Shown: piece by piece, positions 52,147 through 61,328 of the stretch | Layout: every line of letters begins with the position of its first letter | Position numbering within the stretch: the stretch's first letter is position 1 | Source of the DNA: Thermodesulfobacteriota bacterium | GTDB taxonomy: Bacteria > Desulfobacterota_D > UBA1144 > Nemesobacterales > JAJCZQ01 | Assembly: GCA_965203965.1 (NCBI GenBank) | Contig: CBDBDR010000017.1 | Span: 544,001-608,000 of the forward strand | Direction: 5' to 3' | DNA length: 64,000 bases | The notes under the pieces: model-generated | What the model saw: only the letters and a program-made list of their open reading frames with translations | Databases searched by the model: none | What the model was told of the DNA's origin: nothing | Program-made: the position numbers and the translations under genes

Positions 52147-53808
52147 TCAAGAAGCCTTGGACAACATTTCCCTCGCTGCTTCAAGTGTTTTTTCAGTAAT
52201 GTTTTTTCCCGTAAGCATTCTGCCTATCTCTTCAATTCTTTCCTCATCATTCAATCTGTTGATTACCACGTTTGTGCGATCATTCTCAACAAATTTTGAC
52301 ACTTTAAAATGAGTTTTGGCAAACTTTGCTACTTGAGGCAGATGCGTTATGCAGATGACTTGGTTGTTTTCAGATAAACCTTTAATTTTCTTCCCTATGG
52401 TTTCTGCTGTAACACCACCGATACCTGAATCAATTTCGTCAAATATTAATATTGATCCTATCTCTTTATTTGAAAGAATATCTTTTAAAAGAAGCATTAT
52501 TCTTGATAATTCCCCTCCTGATGCAACTTTGACCAGAGGTTTTGGAACCTCATCAGGATTTGCTGAGAATAAAAAGGAGATCTTGTCAATACCATCAGGA
52601 GAAGTAGGTTTTTCTTGCATTTCCACTTTCAGAACTGCACCTTTAAGCCCCAGGTGTTTAGACTCTTCAGCAAAAAAGCACATGAGTCTTTCAGATGCCT
52701 CTTTTCTTTTCAAAGAAAGCTGTTTTGCTAAAGAATCTAACTTGGTGAACAACTGTTCACGTTGTTGCTTCAATTGGTCAACTGTATCATCCCAGTTTGC
52801 TAAATCTGAGAGCTCTTGGGATATTTTTTCTCTTTTTCCCAGTATTTCTTCAACTGTTCCACCATATTTTCTCTTTATGCCATTGATCTCCGCTATTCGG
52901 CTGTTGATTTCTTCCAGCCTTTCGGGGTTAAATTCCATTCTGGATAAATAGTCATTCAGTTTGAAAGAAACATTTTCAAGCTCAAATATAATTGATTTCA
53001 CTGAATCGTTAAGTTCGCTCAAGCCTGGATCTATTTCACCCAGTTCTTCAATCTCTTTGGACACGTTTTTAACCGTGTCATATGCTGACGATCCTGATTC
53101 GTAAATTGCACTGTATGAACGGCTTAAATAACTGCTTATTTTCTCAACATTGGAAAGTATTTTTTCCTCTTGCACAAGCTTTTCTTCTTCCCCTTTTTGC
53201 AGGCTTGCGTCGTCCAACTCGTTGAGTTGATATTTTAAATATTCTCCTTTTCCAAATTGATCTTTTGCTTTTACAAGCAATCTCTCAAGCTCTTTATCGG
53301 TATTCAAATATTGGTAATATGAACTTTTGCACTCTTCAAGTAACGATATATTGTCCGAGTAAGAATCCAGAAACTTCAAGTGATTGTTTGGTTTTATTAA
53401 TGACTGATGCTCATGCTGACTGAAGGTGTCAACCAGATTAGTTGTTAGGTCGGCAAGTACGCTCAAGGTAGCCATACTACCGTTAATAAAAACTTTGCTC
53501 CTCCCTTCAATCGGAATCAATCTTCTGATAACGAGTTGTCCATCATTTGCACTAAATCCTCGTTCTTCCAACTTTTCTACAATCCAATTGCTATTGTTTA
53601 TATCAAACAAGGCTTCTACCATTGCCTGTTTCTTTCCCGTCTTTACAATATCTGGAGATACCCTATCACCTAAAAGTATGTTGATAGCATCAATAATTAT
53701 GGATTTTCCAGCCCCGGTCTCACCTGTAATTATGTTAAGACCATCTGAAAATTCCACGGTTAAGCTGTCTATTACTGTGTAATCCTTTAGAGAGATCTGA
53801 ACAAGCAT
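52147..53808 (-). CDS. recN: DNA repair protein RecN
   Basis: GETGAGKS, QHEHQ, ASGGELSR, FDEIDSG, ITHLPQVA. Confidence 0.96.
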   Translation of the reverse strand: MLVQISLKDYTVIDSLTVEFSDGLNIITGETGAGKSIIIDAINILLGDRVSPDIVKTGKKQAMVEALFDINNSNWIVEKLEERGFSANDGQLVIRRLIPIEGRSKVFINGSMATLSVLADLTTNLVDTFSQHEHQSLIKPNNHLKFLDSYSDNISLLEECKSSYYQYLNTDKELERLLVKAKDQFGKGEYLKYQLNELDDASLQKGEEEKLVQEEKILSNVEKISSYLSRSYSAIYESGSSAYDTVKNVSKEIEELGEIDPGLSELNDSVKSIIFELENVSFKLNDYLSRMEFNPERLEEINSRIAEINGIKRKYGGTVEEILGKREKISQELSDLANWDDTVDQLKQQREQLFTKLDSLAKQLSLKRKEASERLMCFFAEESKHLGLKGAVLKVEMQEKPTSPDGIDKISFLFSANPDEVPKPLVKVASGGELSRIMLLLKDILSNKEIGSILIFDEIDSGIGGVTAETIGKKIKGLSENNQVICITHLPQVAKFAKTHFKVSKFVENDRTNVVINRLNDEERIEEIGRMLTGKNITEKTLEAAREMLSKAS

Positions 53809-53877
53809 AACAATTACTTAAAGCATTTTTCAGAACACGAAATTTTGCCCTTCCACGCACGGTTGAATTTTTCAGCC

Positions 53878-55140
53878 CTACTCTCTTACTTGCCCTTCAC
53901 CATAAACAACAAATTTTCTGGACGTCAGCTCTTCTACACCCATGGGTCCAAAAGCATGAAGTTTGGATGTGCTGATTCCTATTTCAGCTCCCAACCCCAA
54001 CTCAAATCCGTCATTAAATCTGGTGGAAGCATTTACTATTACGGCAGAAGAATTAACACGGCTCAAAAAATATTGAGAATTTTTATAGCTTTCCGTAACA
54101 ATTGAATCAGTGTGCATGGAACCGTATTTATGAATATGTATTATTGCATCTTCCATGCTCTCAACCACTTTCACATTCAGTATCAGGTCAAGATACTCTT
54201 CATAATAATTCTTTTCCTCGGCAGGAATGATTTCTTTTATTATTTTACGTGTTTCATCACACCCTTTGATTTCAACGTCGTGCTTTATTAACTCTCTGGC
54301 AACCAACGGCAAAAATCCCTTCGCTATATTTTTATGAACAAGAAGTGTCTCCATGGCGTTACAGACCCCGGGTCTTTGAACCTTAGAGTTCACTGCAATC
54401 CTGATTGCAAGCTCAACATCAGCACTCTCGTCCACAAACACGTGACATACCCCCTTGTAATGCTTCAGAACCGGTATCTTTGAATTTTCGGATACAAATC
54501 TGATCAAACCTTCACCTCCTCTGGGTATTATCAGGTCAATCAATTCATCCAGTTTCAACATATCAAGGATTGCATTCCTGTCCATTATGGGAACAATCTG
54601 CACACACCCTACAGGTATTCCAACTTCATCAAGAGCTTCATTTATTACTTGTCCAATGGCAAGATTTGAATTTATAGACTCGGAGCCGCCGCGAAGTATA
54701 ACGGAATTGCCTGCTTTCAGGCACAGTGCGGCTGCGTCAACAGTTACACTGGGTCTTGATTCGTAAATTATCCCAATCACACCAAGTGGTATTCGCATTT
54801 GTCCAACAACAAGACCATTAGGACGTTTCCAAGTTTTTATAATTTCCCCAACGGGATCATTAAGAGAGGCAATTTGCCTGAGTCCCTCCACCATGGAGTT
54901 AATTCTTTTATCACTCAAGATAAGTCTGTCCACAAGTGCATCACTTAGTCCCTTGCTTTTTGCCCCTTCTACGTCCAACTCGTTTTGAGATTTTATGACG
55001 CCTTTTTGACTGACAATTTTTTCTGCAATTAACAAGAGAGCCTGGTCTTTTAATCTGGTATCAATTGCAGAAAGAGCTAACGAAGACTGTTTGGCACTAA
55101 ATGCAATATTTTTAATCAATTCACGAGTATCAGAACTCAT
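53878..55140 (-). CDS. proA: Gamma-glutamyl phosphate reductase
   Basis: IIYESRP, LRGGSE, PRGG, VCNAMETLL, NASTRF.DG, GAEIGIST. Confidence 0.96.
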   Translation of the reverse strand: MSSDTRELIKNIAFSAKQSSLALSAIDTRLKDQALLLIAEKIVSQKGVIKSQNELDVEGAKSKGLSDALVDRLILSDKRINSMVEGLRQIASLNDPVGEIIKTWKRPNGLVVGQMRIPLGVIGIIYESRPSVTVDAAALCLKAGNSVILRGGSESINSNLAIGQVINEALDEVGIPVGCVQIVPIMDRNAILDMLKLDELIDLIIPRGGEGLIRFVSENSKIPVLKHYKGVCHVFVDESADVELAIRIAVNSKVQRPGVCNAMETLLVHKNIAKGFLPLVARELIKHDVEIKGCDETRKIIKEIIPAEEKNYYEEYLDLILNVKVVESMEDAIIHIHKYGSMHTDSIVTESYKNSQYFLSRVNSSAVIVNASTRFNDGFELGLGAEIGISTSKLHAFGPMGVEELTSRKFVVYGEGQVRE

Positions 55141-55196
55141 ATTATTTTCCCGACCCTCTCTTGAGAAAAATCAGACATAAACAATTCACCCGTTTT

Positions 55197-55796
55197 TCAG
55201 ACTGTTAGAATGTCTTTTTCTTCAAGATATTTAACTATCTGTCCCGTGCCTTCTTCAATACTAACTAAATCAGTCCGTATATTTATCTCGGGATCAAGTG
55301 GTTCTTCATAAGGGTCGTCAATACCCGTGAAGCCTTTTATAATTCCCTCACGAGCTTTTTTATACAGACCTTTAACGTCTCTTTTTTCACACTCTTCAAC
55401 TGGGCAATCCACAAATACTTCTATAAATTCTCCATCCTCCACCAATTCCCTTATTTTATCCCTGTCTGCCCTGTATGGCGAAACAAATGCGGAAAGAACA
55501 ATCATCCCCGCGTCCACAAACAGCCTTGAAACTTCACCTATTCGCCTGATATTTTCTTCCCTGTCTTCTGCTGAAAAACCGAGATCCTTACAAAGTCCCA
55601 TCCTGACGTTATCTCCATCCAGAATATAGGTTCTTACGTGTCGCTCAATCAACACTTTTTCAACTTCATTTGCAAGAGTTGATTTTCCGGAACTTGGAAG
55701 TCCAGTGAACCAAAGAATTGCAGAACCGTGCTTATTAAGTCTTCTTCTATCGCCTTTATGAATGTCATGATCATGAGGAATTACAAACCTTTCCAT
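55197..55796 (-). CDS. cysC: Adenylyl-sulfate kinase
   Basis: WFTGLPSSGKST, LDGDNVR, RDVKGLY, FTGIDDPYE. Confidence 0.95.
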   Translation of the reverse strand: MERFVIPHDHDIHKGDRRRLNKHGSAILWFTGLPSSGKSTLANEVEKVLIERHVRTYILDGDNVRMGLCKDLGFSAEDREENIRRIGEVSRLFVDAGMIVLSAFVSPYRADRDKIRELVEDGEFIEVFVDCPVEECEKRDVKGLYKKAREGIIKGFTGIDDPYEEPLDPEINIRTDLVSIEEGTGQIVKYLEEKDILTV

Positions 55797-55954
55797 TGTG
55801 AGCCTCCTAAGTAGTAAGATGAGATTTGGTATTGTATCACAACTAATGAGTTATTAAATCACAATCTTTTACGATCAGTGGCTGTTTTAAGTGATATTGA
55901 CTTATTTTCTTTAAGCTGAACAATTACACCCCAAATTCAAATGGAGGAAGCCAG

Positions 55955-56368
55955 TTGGAAAGAACTTTATCTATCGTAAAACCGGATGGGACAAATAAAA
56001 ACATTGTAGGAGAAGTTATTGCACGTTATGAACAGAATGGATTAAGAGTTATCGCACTCAGAATGATAAAAATGTCCAAAAAGCAAGCTGAAGGTTTTTA
56101 CTATGTCCACCGTGAAAGACCGTTTTTTGAAAGCCTAACACAGTTCATGTCATCAGGAACAGCAGTTGTAATGGTCTTGGAAGGAGAGAATGCCATCTCA
56201 AAGGTAAGGGAAATTATGGGTGCAACCAATCCTGAGGAGGCAGCCGAGGGAACTATCAGAAAAGATTTTGCCACTAATATTGAGCAGAACACTGTTCACG
56301 GATCTGACTCACCAGAATCAGCCAAATATGAGATAAATTACTTTTTTAACTCTCTTGAGGTGTTTTGA
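55955..56368 (+). CDS. ndk: Nucleoside diphosphate kinase (TTG start)
   Basis: [37 protein letters not shown]. Confidence 0.96.
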   Translation: MERTLSIVKPDGTNKNIVGEVIARYEQNGLRVIALRMIKMSKKQAEGFYYVHRERPFFESLTQFMSSGTAVVMVLEGENAISKVREIMGATNPEEAAEGTIRKDFATNIEQNTVHGSDSPESAKYEINYFFNSLEVF

Positions 56369-56607
56369 GGAAATAATGTCTTCTGTAAAACAGGTAACTT
56401 GTTAGCCCCATTATCTGAAATAATTTTTTCCAATCGCTCTCTTGAGCTATTACAATACTCCTTATTAGCCTCAAAACCTAAAAACCGCCTATTTAGTAGT
56501 CTTGCTGCCACTGCAGTAGTTCCACTACCCATAAATGGGTCAAGGACTATTTGCTTGATCTTAATACTTCTTTGATTGCCTCTTCTTTGGAAAAATTCAT
56601 AATTCAT
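56338..56607 (-). pseudogene. C-terminal remnant of an N4/N6 amino-methyltransferase (beta class)
   Basis: IVLDPFMGSGTTAVAA...RRFLGFE...YC..SRERL SAM-binding motif I; no DPPY/SPPY or target-recognition region. Confidence 0.75.
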
Positions 56608-56763
56608 TCTCTCTCAGATGCAAAAAAATCAGGGGAGATAGTCAATTTATTATTGGATGGTTATAAACTTAGGCTTATTCAAAAGTTTTTTACTGCAAAT
56701 TTCACCGCAAAAAGTTAATTTGACGTAAAACACCCAGTCATCACTTTACACGTTATTATACAA

Positions 56764-57498
56764 CTACAGTATCGTTGCGTCATTTGTACCGCTAGTCCTT
56801 TCTAATAAATTTAAAGATATAAAACTGCTAATATCCACTTCTTCCACACAGGTACCTAATGTATCGGAGAAGATATTCAGAATAGTTTCAATACATTCTT
56901 CAATATCAATTTTTCTTTTTAACACCTTTTTAACGGATGTAACTCCTACACCCTCATAACCACATGGGTTTACAAGATCAAAGGTCTTGAGATCGTTATT
57001 TACATTTATAGCGATTCCGTGTTTTGTGCAACGTCTTTTAACATTGATACCGATGGAGGCTATCTTATTGTTGCCAATCCACAATCCAGGTTTGCCTCCC
57101 ACTCTGTGCGATCTAATCCCCAATCGCTTTAAAAATTCCATTACAACCTTTTCCAACAAAAAAACATAATCTTTTAATTTTAAGTTGAATTTTCCAATGT
57201 TAATTATTGGGTAAATAACGAGCTGTCCATGTTCATGGCAGGTAATATCACCTCCACGGTCGGAGCGATGCAAAGCAACCCCTAAACTTCCCAATTTTTC
57301 AGGGACGACTAAAAGATGGGAGCAGTCAGAATACCTTCCGAGTGTTATGATCGGTTCATGGTATAAAAAAAGCAGGAACCCTTCAAGATCAGTTTCTCCT
57401 TTGACCAGAAGGTTCTGAAGCTGATCTTGTATTTGAGTTGATATTTGATAGGGCTGAAATCCGAGATACTTAAAACCTATTCTTTTTATTTGCTTCAT
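56764..57498 (-). CDS. lipB: Lipoyl(octanoyl) transferase
   Basis: H.PIITLG, RGGDITCH..GQLV.YP, KIASIG, HGIAIN, NPCG. Confidence 0.93.
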   Translation of the reverse strand: MKQIKRIGFKYLGFQPYQISTQIQDQLQNLLVKGETDLEGFLLFLYHEPIITLGRYSDCSHLLVVPEKLGSLGVALHRSDRGGDITCHEHGQLVIYPIINIGKFNLKLKDYVFLLEKVVMEFLKRLGIRSHRVGGKPGLWIGNNKIASIGINVKRRCTKHGIAINVNNDLKTFDLVNPCGYEGVGVTSVKKVLKRKIDIEECIETILNIFSDTLGTCVEEVDISSFISLNLLERTSGTNDATIL

Positions 57499-57559
57499 TT
57501 ACATTCAGTATTTAATTAAAATAGTTCGTGATTTTCTCTATTCTCTGAGAGTAAACAAT

Positions 57560-58522
57560 ATGAAAAAAAATAACAAAATATTTCCCGTAACACTATTTCA
57601 AGGCACACAGTCCCTTCTCATTGACAGGGAAATAGAAAAGATCAGAGAGATTGAATCCCTTAACTCTCCCGGACTTGATCATTTGACTTTTCATCTGGAC
57701 ACTGACTCAGTTGAGAAAGTAATTAGAGCTGCAAATACCGTTCCAATGTTTGGAGGTCGCAAATTACTGGTTGCCAGAAATGTTGAATCTCTGAATTCAA
57801 AAGAGGTTTCAAAGTTGAATGATTATATTAACACCCCTTCTCCTGACACACTGCTAGTTCTCGTTTCTGAGGGAACGACCAAGCCAAAATTGAAAAAAAA
57901 CAAGAACCTAACAACTGTGAACTTTAATAAGATCAATATGATTGAAAGCAAAATCCAAAAAGAGGCTGAAATACTCGGTGTTAACATTTCAAGGAGGGCG
58001 TGTATGGAAATACACAGGTTGGTAGGTGACGATTTTACCTTGATCAATAACGAGTTGCTTAAAATTTCAAGCTATTTCGGGAATGAAAAATTGATCGATG
58101 AAAAAGACATAGAAAATTTTATCCTGAAAAGAAAAGAGGAAGACGTCTTCAGTTTGGTAAATTCCATTTCCAACGGTCAACTTCAGTCTGCCGTCAAAAT
58201 TCTCAAAAACCTTGAGGATCAGAAATACGAACCTCTTTCAATAGTATCAACTCTGTCATGGCGTATCAGGCAAATCTGGCAGGTGAAAGAGCTTATCAGT
58301 TTGAATAAAAGTGATGATGAAATTATGAAAAAAATGAAAATCTCAAGTGGTGCAGTCTATTACATAAAAAAGCAGGCTGCAAACTTCAGCATTAAATCCC
58401 TTGCAGAAATTACGTCTAAACTGAAGAAAATTGATACTGAACTGAAGTCCTACAATCAAAATAAATACAACTTATTGAGTAGATTTATCGTAAACCTGTG
58501 TAGTGATAGAAGTGATAAATAG
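57560..58522 (+). CDS. holA: DNA polymerase III delta subunit
   Basis: ANTVPMFGGRKLL, NELLK, EDVFSL, D.ELKS; adjacent to rpsT as is common. Confidence 0.85.
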   Translation: MKKNNKIFPVTLFQGTQSLLIDREIEKIREIESLNSPGLDHLTFHLDTDSVEKVIRAANTVPMFGGRKLLVARNVESLNSKEVSKLNDYINTPSPDTLLVLVSEGTTKPKLKKNKNLTTVNFNKINMIESKIQKEAEILGVNISRRACMEIHRLVGDDFTLINNELLKISSYFGNEKLIDEKDIENFILKRKEEDVFSLVNSISNGQLQSAVKILKNLEDQKYEPLSIVSTLSWRIRQIWQVKELISLNKSDDEIMKKMKISSGAVYYIKKQAANFSIKSLAEITSKLKKIDTELKSYNQNKYNLLSRFIVNLCSDRSDK

Positions 58523-58524
58523 AA

Positions 58525-59337
58525 TTAGGATATTTTTTCCCAATTCTCGTTGACCCATTCCTTCAGTTTCAATTTCATTTCTTTAGAGATTGGGTAACTC
58601 TCAATTTTGCTGAGGATTTCTTCTGTTGTTATACCTTGCTCTTTGAATTTCTGGATGATCTTCTGATAAAGCTCATTAAAACCATATTTTGCTATCGCGG
58701 CAGAGATTATAGCTAACGCTACAAGGGAAAGAACTCCGCCAATCATTCCACCCAGACCAATTGCCACAAGAGCAGATATAATGGCAGCACCACCAGTATA
58801 GGCAGACATGTGCACCGCTATGAATAGGACGAGAGCTGGAACTCCGATCCCGGCAATAGTTTCAACTGCTTTATCAATACTAACTGAGTCTTTAAGCTTA
58901 TCTATCAGTTTTGCGACCTCTTTGTCTATCTTGTCTATGACTGCTTTGTCAATACTAACTGTGTCTTTAAGCTTATCCATCAGTATTGTGAGCTCTTTGT
59001 CTATTTTGTCTATGGCTGCTTTGTCAATACTAACTGCGTCTTTAAGTTTATCCACTATACTCATCTCTGCCGGCTGCAAGTCGTGAACTTTTTTTGATAG
59101 TCTAGAAATGTTTCTGGATGCATTCCTTTTATGAATAACGCCTTTGGTTGCAGCTTTGTCAAAAGCAGAGATAATGTCTTTCAACCGCTCACTGGCTTTA
59201 TCGGTATTTTTTTCTTCAATTAAAGAAAGTAATGACTTTGTTTTAGTTTTCAGAGTGGTTTTAACAAAGCTGTTTCTCTCTTTTCTTTTAATGCTCTGTC
59301 TTTGCTTTTTCTTTGCTGATGCTTTTCTTAAACCCAT
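58525..59337 (-). CDS. rpsT: 30S ribosomal protein S20 fused to a repeat linker and a hydrophobic C-terminal domain
   Basis: aa 1-91 are S20 (SAKKKQRQ, DKAATKGVIHKRNASRNISRL); no stop codon; 179 further residues. Confidence 0.88.
   Translation of the reverse strand: MGLRKASAKKKQRQSIKRKERNSFVKTTLKTKTKSLLSLIEEKNTDKASERLKDIISAFDKAATKGVIHKRNASRNISRLSKKVHDLQPAEMSIVDKLKDAVSIDKAAIDKIDKELTILMDKLKDTVSIDKAVIDKIDKEVAKLIDKLKDSVSIDKAVETIAGIGVPALVLFIAVHMSAYTGGAAIISALVAIGLGGMIGGVLSLVALAIISAAIAKYGFNELYQKIIQKFKEQGITTEEILSKIESYPISKEMKLKLKEWVNENWEKIS
58865..59052. repeat. 75-nt imperfect tandem repeat x2.5 (DKLKDxVSIDKA...) inside the S20 fusion
   Basis: ctgcttt(a/g)tcaatactaactg-n-gtctttaag(c/t)ttatc at about 58865, 58940 and 59015. 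Confidence 0.92.
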
Positions 59338-59479
59338 AATTTCTACATCGTCCTGAAAATTAGAGGTTAGTATTTACATTTATTACACATTTTGTCAAAT
59401 TATATTTACTAAAAAGGCAAAAAATAACGTAACAAATTAAGAATAGCAGTTAGTATTATAAATTTTAAAGGAGACCAAC

Positions 59480-60124
59480 ATGAAATTTTTTCTTGATTCT
59501 GCCAACATGAAAGAAATAAAAGATGCTGCCTCAAGCGGTATCCTTGATGGCGTAACAACTAACCCTTCACTTGTATCCAAAGAGGGAGACCAAAAGGAAT
59601 TTAAGAAACTAATAGTGGAGATTTGCGAAATTGTAAACGGACCCGTAAGTGCTGAAGTAATAAGCACAGAGTTTGACAAGATGGTAGAGGAAGCTGAAAT
59701 ACTTGCAGATCTTCATAAGCACGTGGTTGTAAAGATGCCTATGACCGAAGATGGAATAAGAGCAACAAAATTTGTATCAGATAAAGGAATTAAAGTTAAC
59801 GTAACTCTGGTATTCTCAACCACTCAGGCTTTGCTGGCTGCAAAGGCAGGTGCAAAATATGTAAGTCCCTTTGTTGGTCGTTTGGATGACGTGTCATCTT
59901 CGGGAATGGAACTTGTAGAAAACATTGTTACGGTTTATAACAACTATGACCTCAAAACCGAAATACTTGTCGCAAGTGTAAGGCATCCAATGCACTTAGC
60001 AGAATCTGCACTGCTGGGAGCTGACGTTGCAACTATGCCCTACAAGGTTTTCAAACAACTTTACAAGCACCCGCTAACTGACATCGGACTTGAAAAATTC
60101 CTTTTAGACTGGAAGAAAAAATAA
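59480..60124 (+). CDS. Transaldolase / fructose-6-phosphate aldolase family (short type)
   Basis: [46 protein letters not shown]. Confidence 0.93.
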   Translation: MKFFLDSANMKEIKDAASSGILDGVTTNPSLVSKEGDQKEFKKLIVEICEIVNGPVSAEVISTEFDKMVEEAEILADLHKHVVVKMPMTEDGIRATKFVSDKGIKVNVTLVFSTTQALLAAKAGAKYVSPFVGRLDDVSSSGMELVENIVTVYNNYDLKTEILVASVRHPMHLAESALLGADVATMPYKVFKQLYKHPLTDIGLEKFLLDWKKK

Positions 60125-60159
60125 CTGATTGCTGAGCAACAGGTTTAGTTAAATACGTT

Positions 60160-61056
60160 TTAGTAATTTCTTTGCCCAAGATACTCTGCCAGATCTTGAA
60201 GGATACACGTGTCCCTATCTATGTTTTTCAAAGACAAAACAGCTTTATTTGTCAGCTCTTTAACTAACTTATTAGACTTATCACCTCTCTTAAAAACTGG
60301 CTTGTTCTTTTGAGTGTCCGAACCACTTGTTTTACCAGTAATCAGGACACTATTATCATCAATCAAATCATCTATGATCTGGTATGCCAAGCCAATACTT
60401 TGGGAATAATTCCGCAGAGTCTCTAGGTCGGAGATGCCTGCACCACCCACCAAAGCTCCTGAGATCACTGATGTTTCAATTAATGAGCCGGTTTTTAGGG
60501 AATGGATATGTTTTAATTCTTCAAACGTGGTTTCACCATTGTTTTCAACTTCCATATCCTTCAACTGTCCTTTCACCATTCCTTGTAAACCCGCTGCACG
60601 GGAAACATCGTCAATAATGTCCAGCAAGGTTTTATCCGCAATACCGGATAGCCTACCGTTTCTCACTATTAAATTGAACGCATCTGTAAGAAGTGCATCA
60701 CCTGCAAGTATAGCCGTAGCCTCACCATAAACTTTATGGTTTGTTGGCACTCCCCTTCTCAGGTCATCATCATCCATTGAGGGAAGGTCGTCATGGATAA
60801 ACGAATAGGTATGTATCATCTCTATTGCACAGGCAACGGGCAAGGCTCTTGAATAATCTTTGTCAAAAGTCTCACAAGCCGCAAGGCAGAGGATGGGTCT
60901 CAGTCTTTTACCACCGGCAAAAATACTGTGCCTTACTGATTTATCAAGGGTTGTCTGACCACTCCCATTTAGCGGGAAAATATTGTAAAGAGTTGAGTTA
61001 ACCAGTTCTTTTCTGTTGGAAATATAACTTTCAATGTTGCTGCACGTCATTCTCAT
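60160..61056 (-). CDS. ispA: Farnesyl diphosphate synthase / polyprenyl synthetase
   Basis: GGKRLRP, IHDDLPSMDDDDLRRG, ILAGDALL, KTG, YQIIDDLID. Confidence 0.92.
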   Translation of the reverse strand: MRMTCSNIESYISNRKELVNSTLYNIFPLNGSGQTTLDKSVRHSIFAGGKRLRPILCLAACETFDKDYSRALPVACAIEMIHTYSFIHDDLPSMDDDDLRRGVPTNHKVYGEATAILAGDALLTDAFNLIVRNGRLSGIADKTLLDIIDDVSRAAGLQGMVKGQLKDMEVENNGETTFEELKHIHSLKTGSLIETSVISGALVGGAGISDLETLRNYSQSIGLAYQIIDDLIDDNSVLITGKTSGSDTQKNKPVFKRGDKSNKLVKELTNKAVLSLKNIDRDTCILQDLAEYLGQRNY

Positions 61057-61277
61057 TCCCGATCAGCGTTGAACTCTTTAAACTCCAAACTTCCGTTACT
61101 GTTTTCAATCAAAAGCGAGACTTTGCTTTTAAACTCTTCAAGCTGAGCGTGGCAATCTTTAATCAATTCAATTCCCGCTTCGAACTGTTCCAATGATTCA
61201 TCAAGCGGGATATTGCCCGTTTCCAACTCGCCAACAATTTTTTTTAATCCATCTAATTTCTCTTCAAATTTTTTCAT
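61053..61277 (-). CDS. xseB: Exodeoxyribonuclease VII small subunit
   Basis: FEE..LKKIV..LE.G.IPLDESL..FE.G; directly upstream of ispA. Confidence 0.92.
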   Translation of the reverse strand: MKKFEEKLDGLKKIVGELETGNIPLDESLEQFEAGIELIKDCHAQLEEFKSKVSLLIENSNGSLEFKEFNADRE

Positions 61278-61328
61278 CTCAACTTGCTATTCTATACCCT
61301 CTAGATCATTAAACAAAAAATTACAAGA

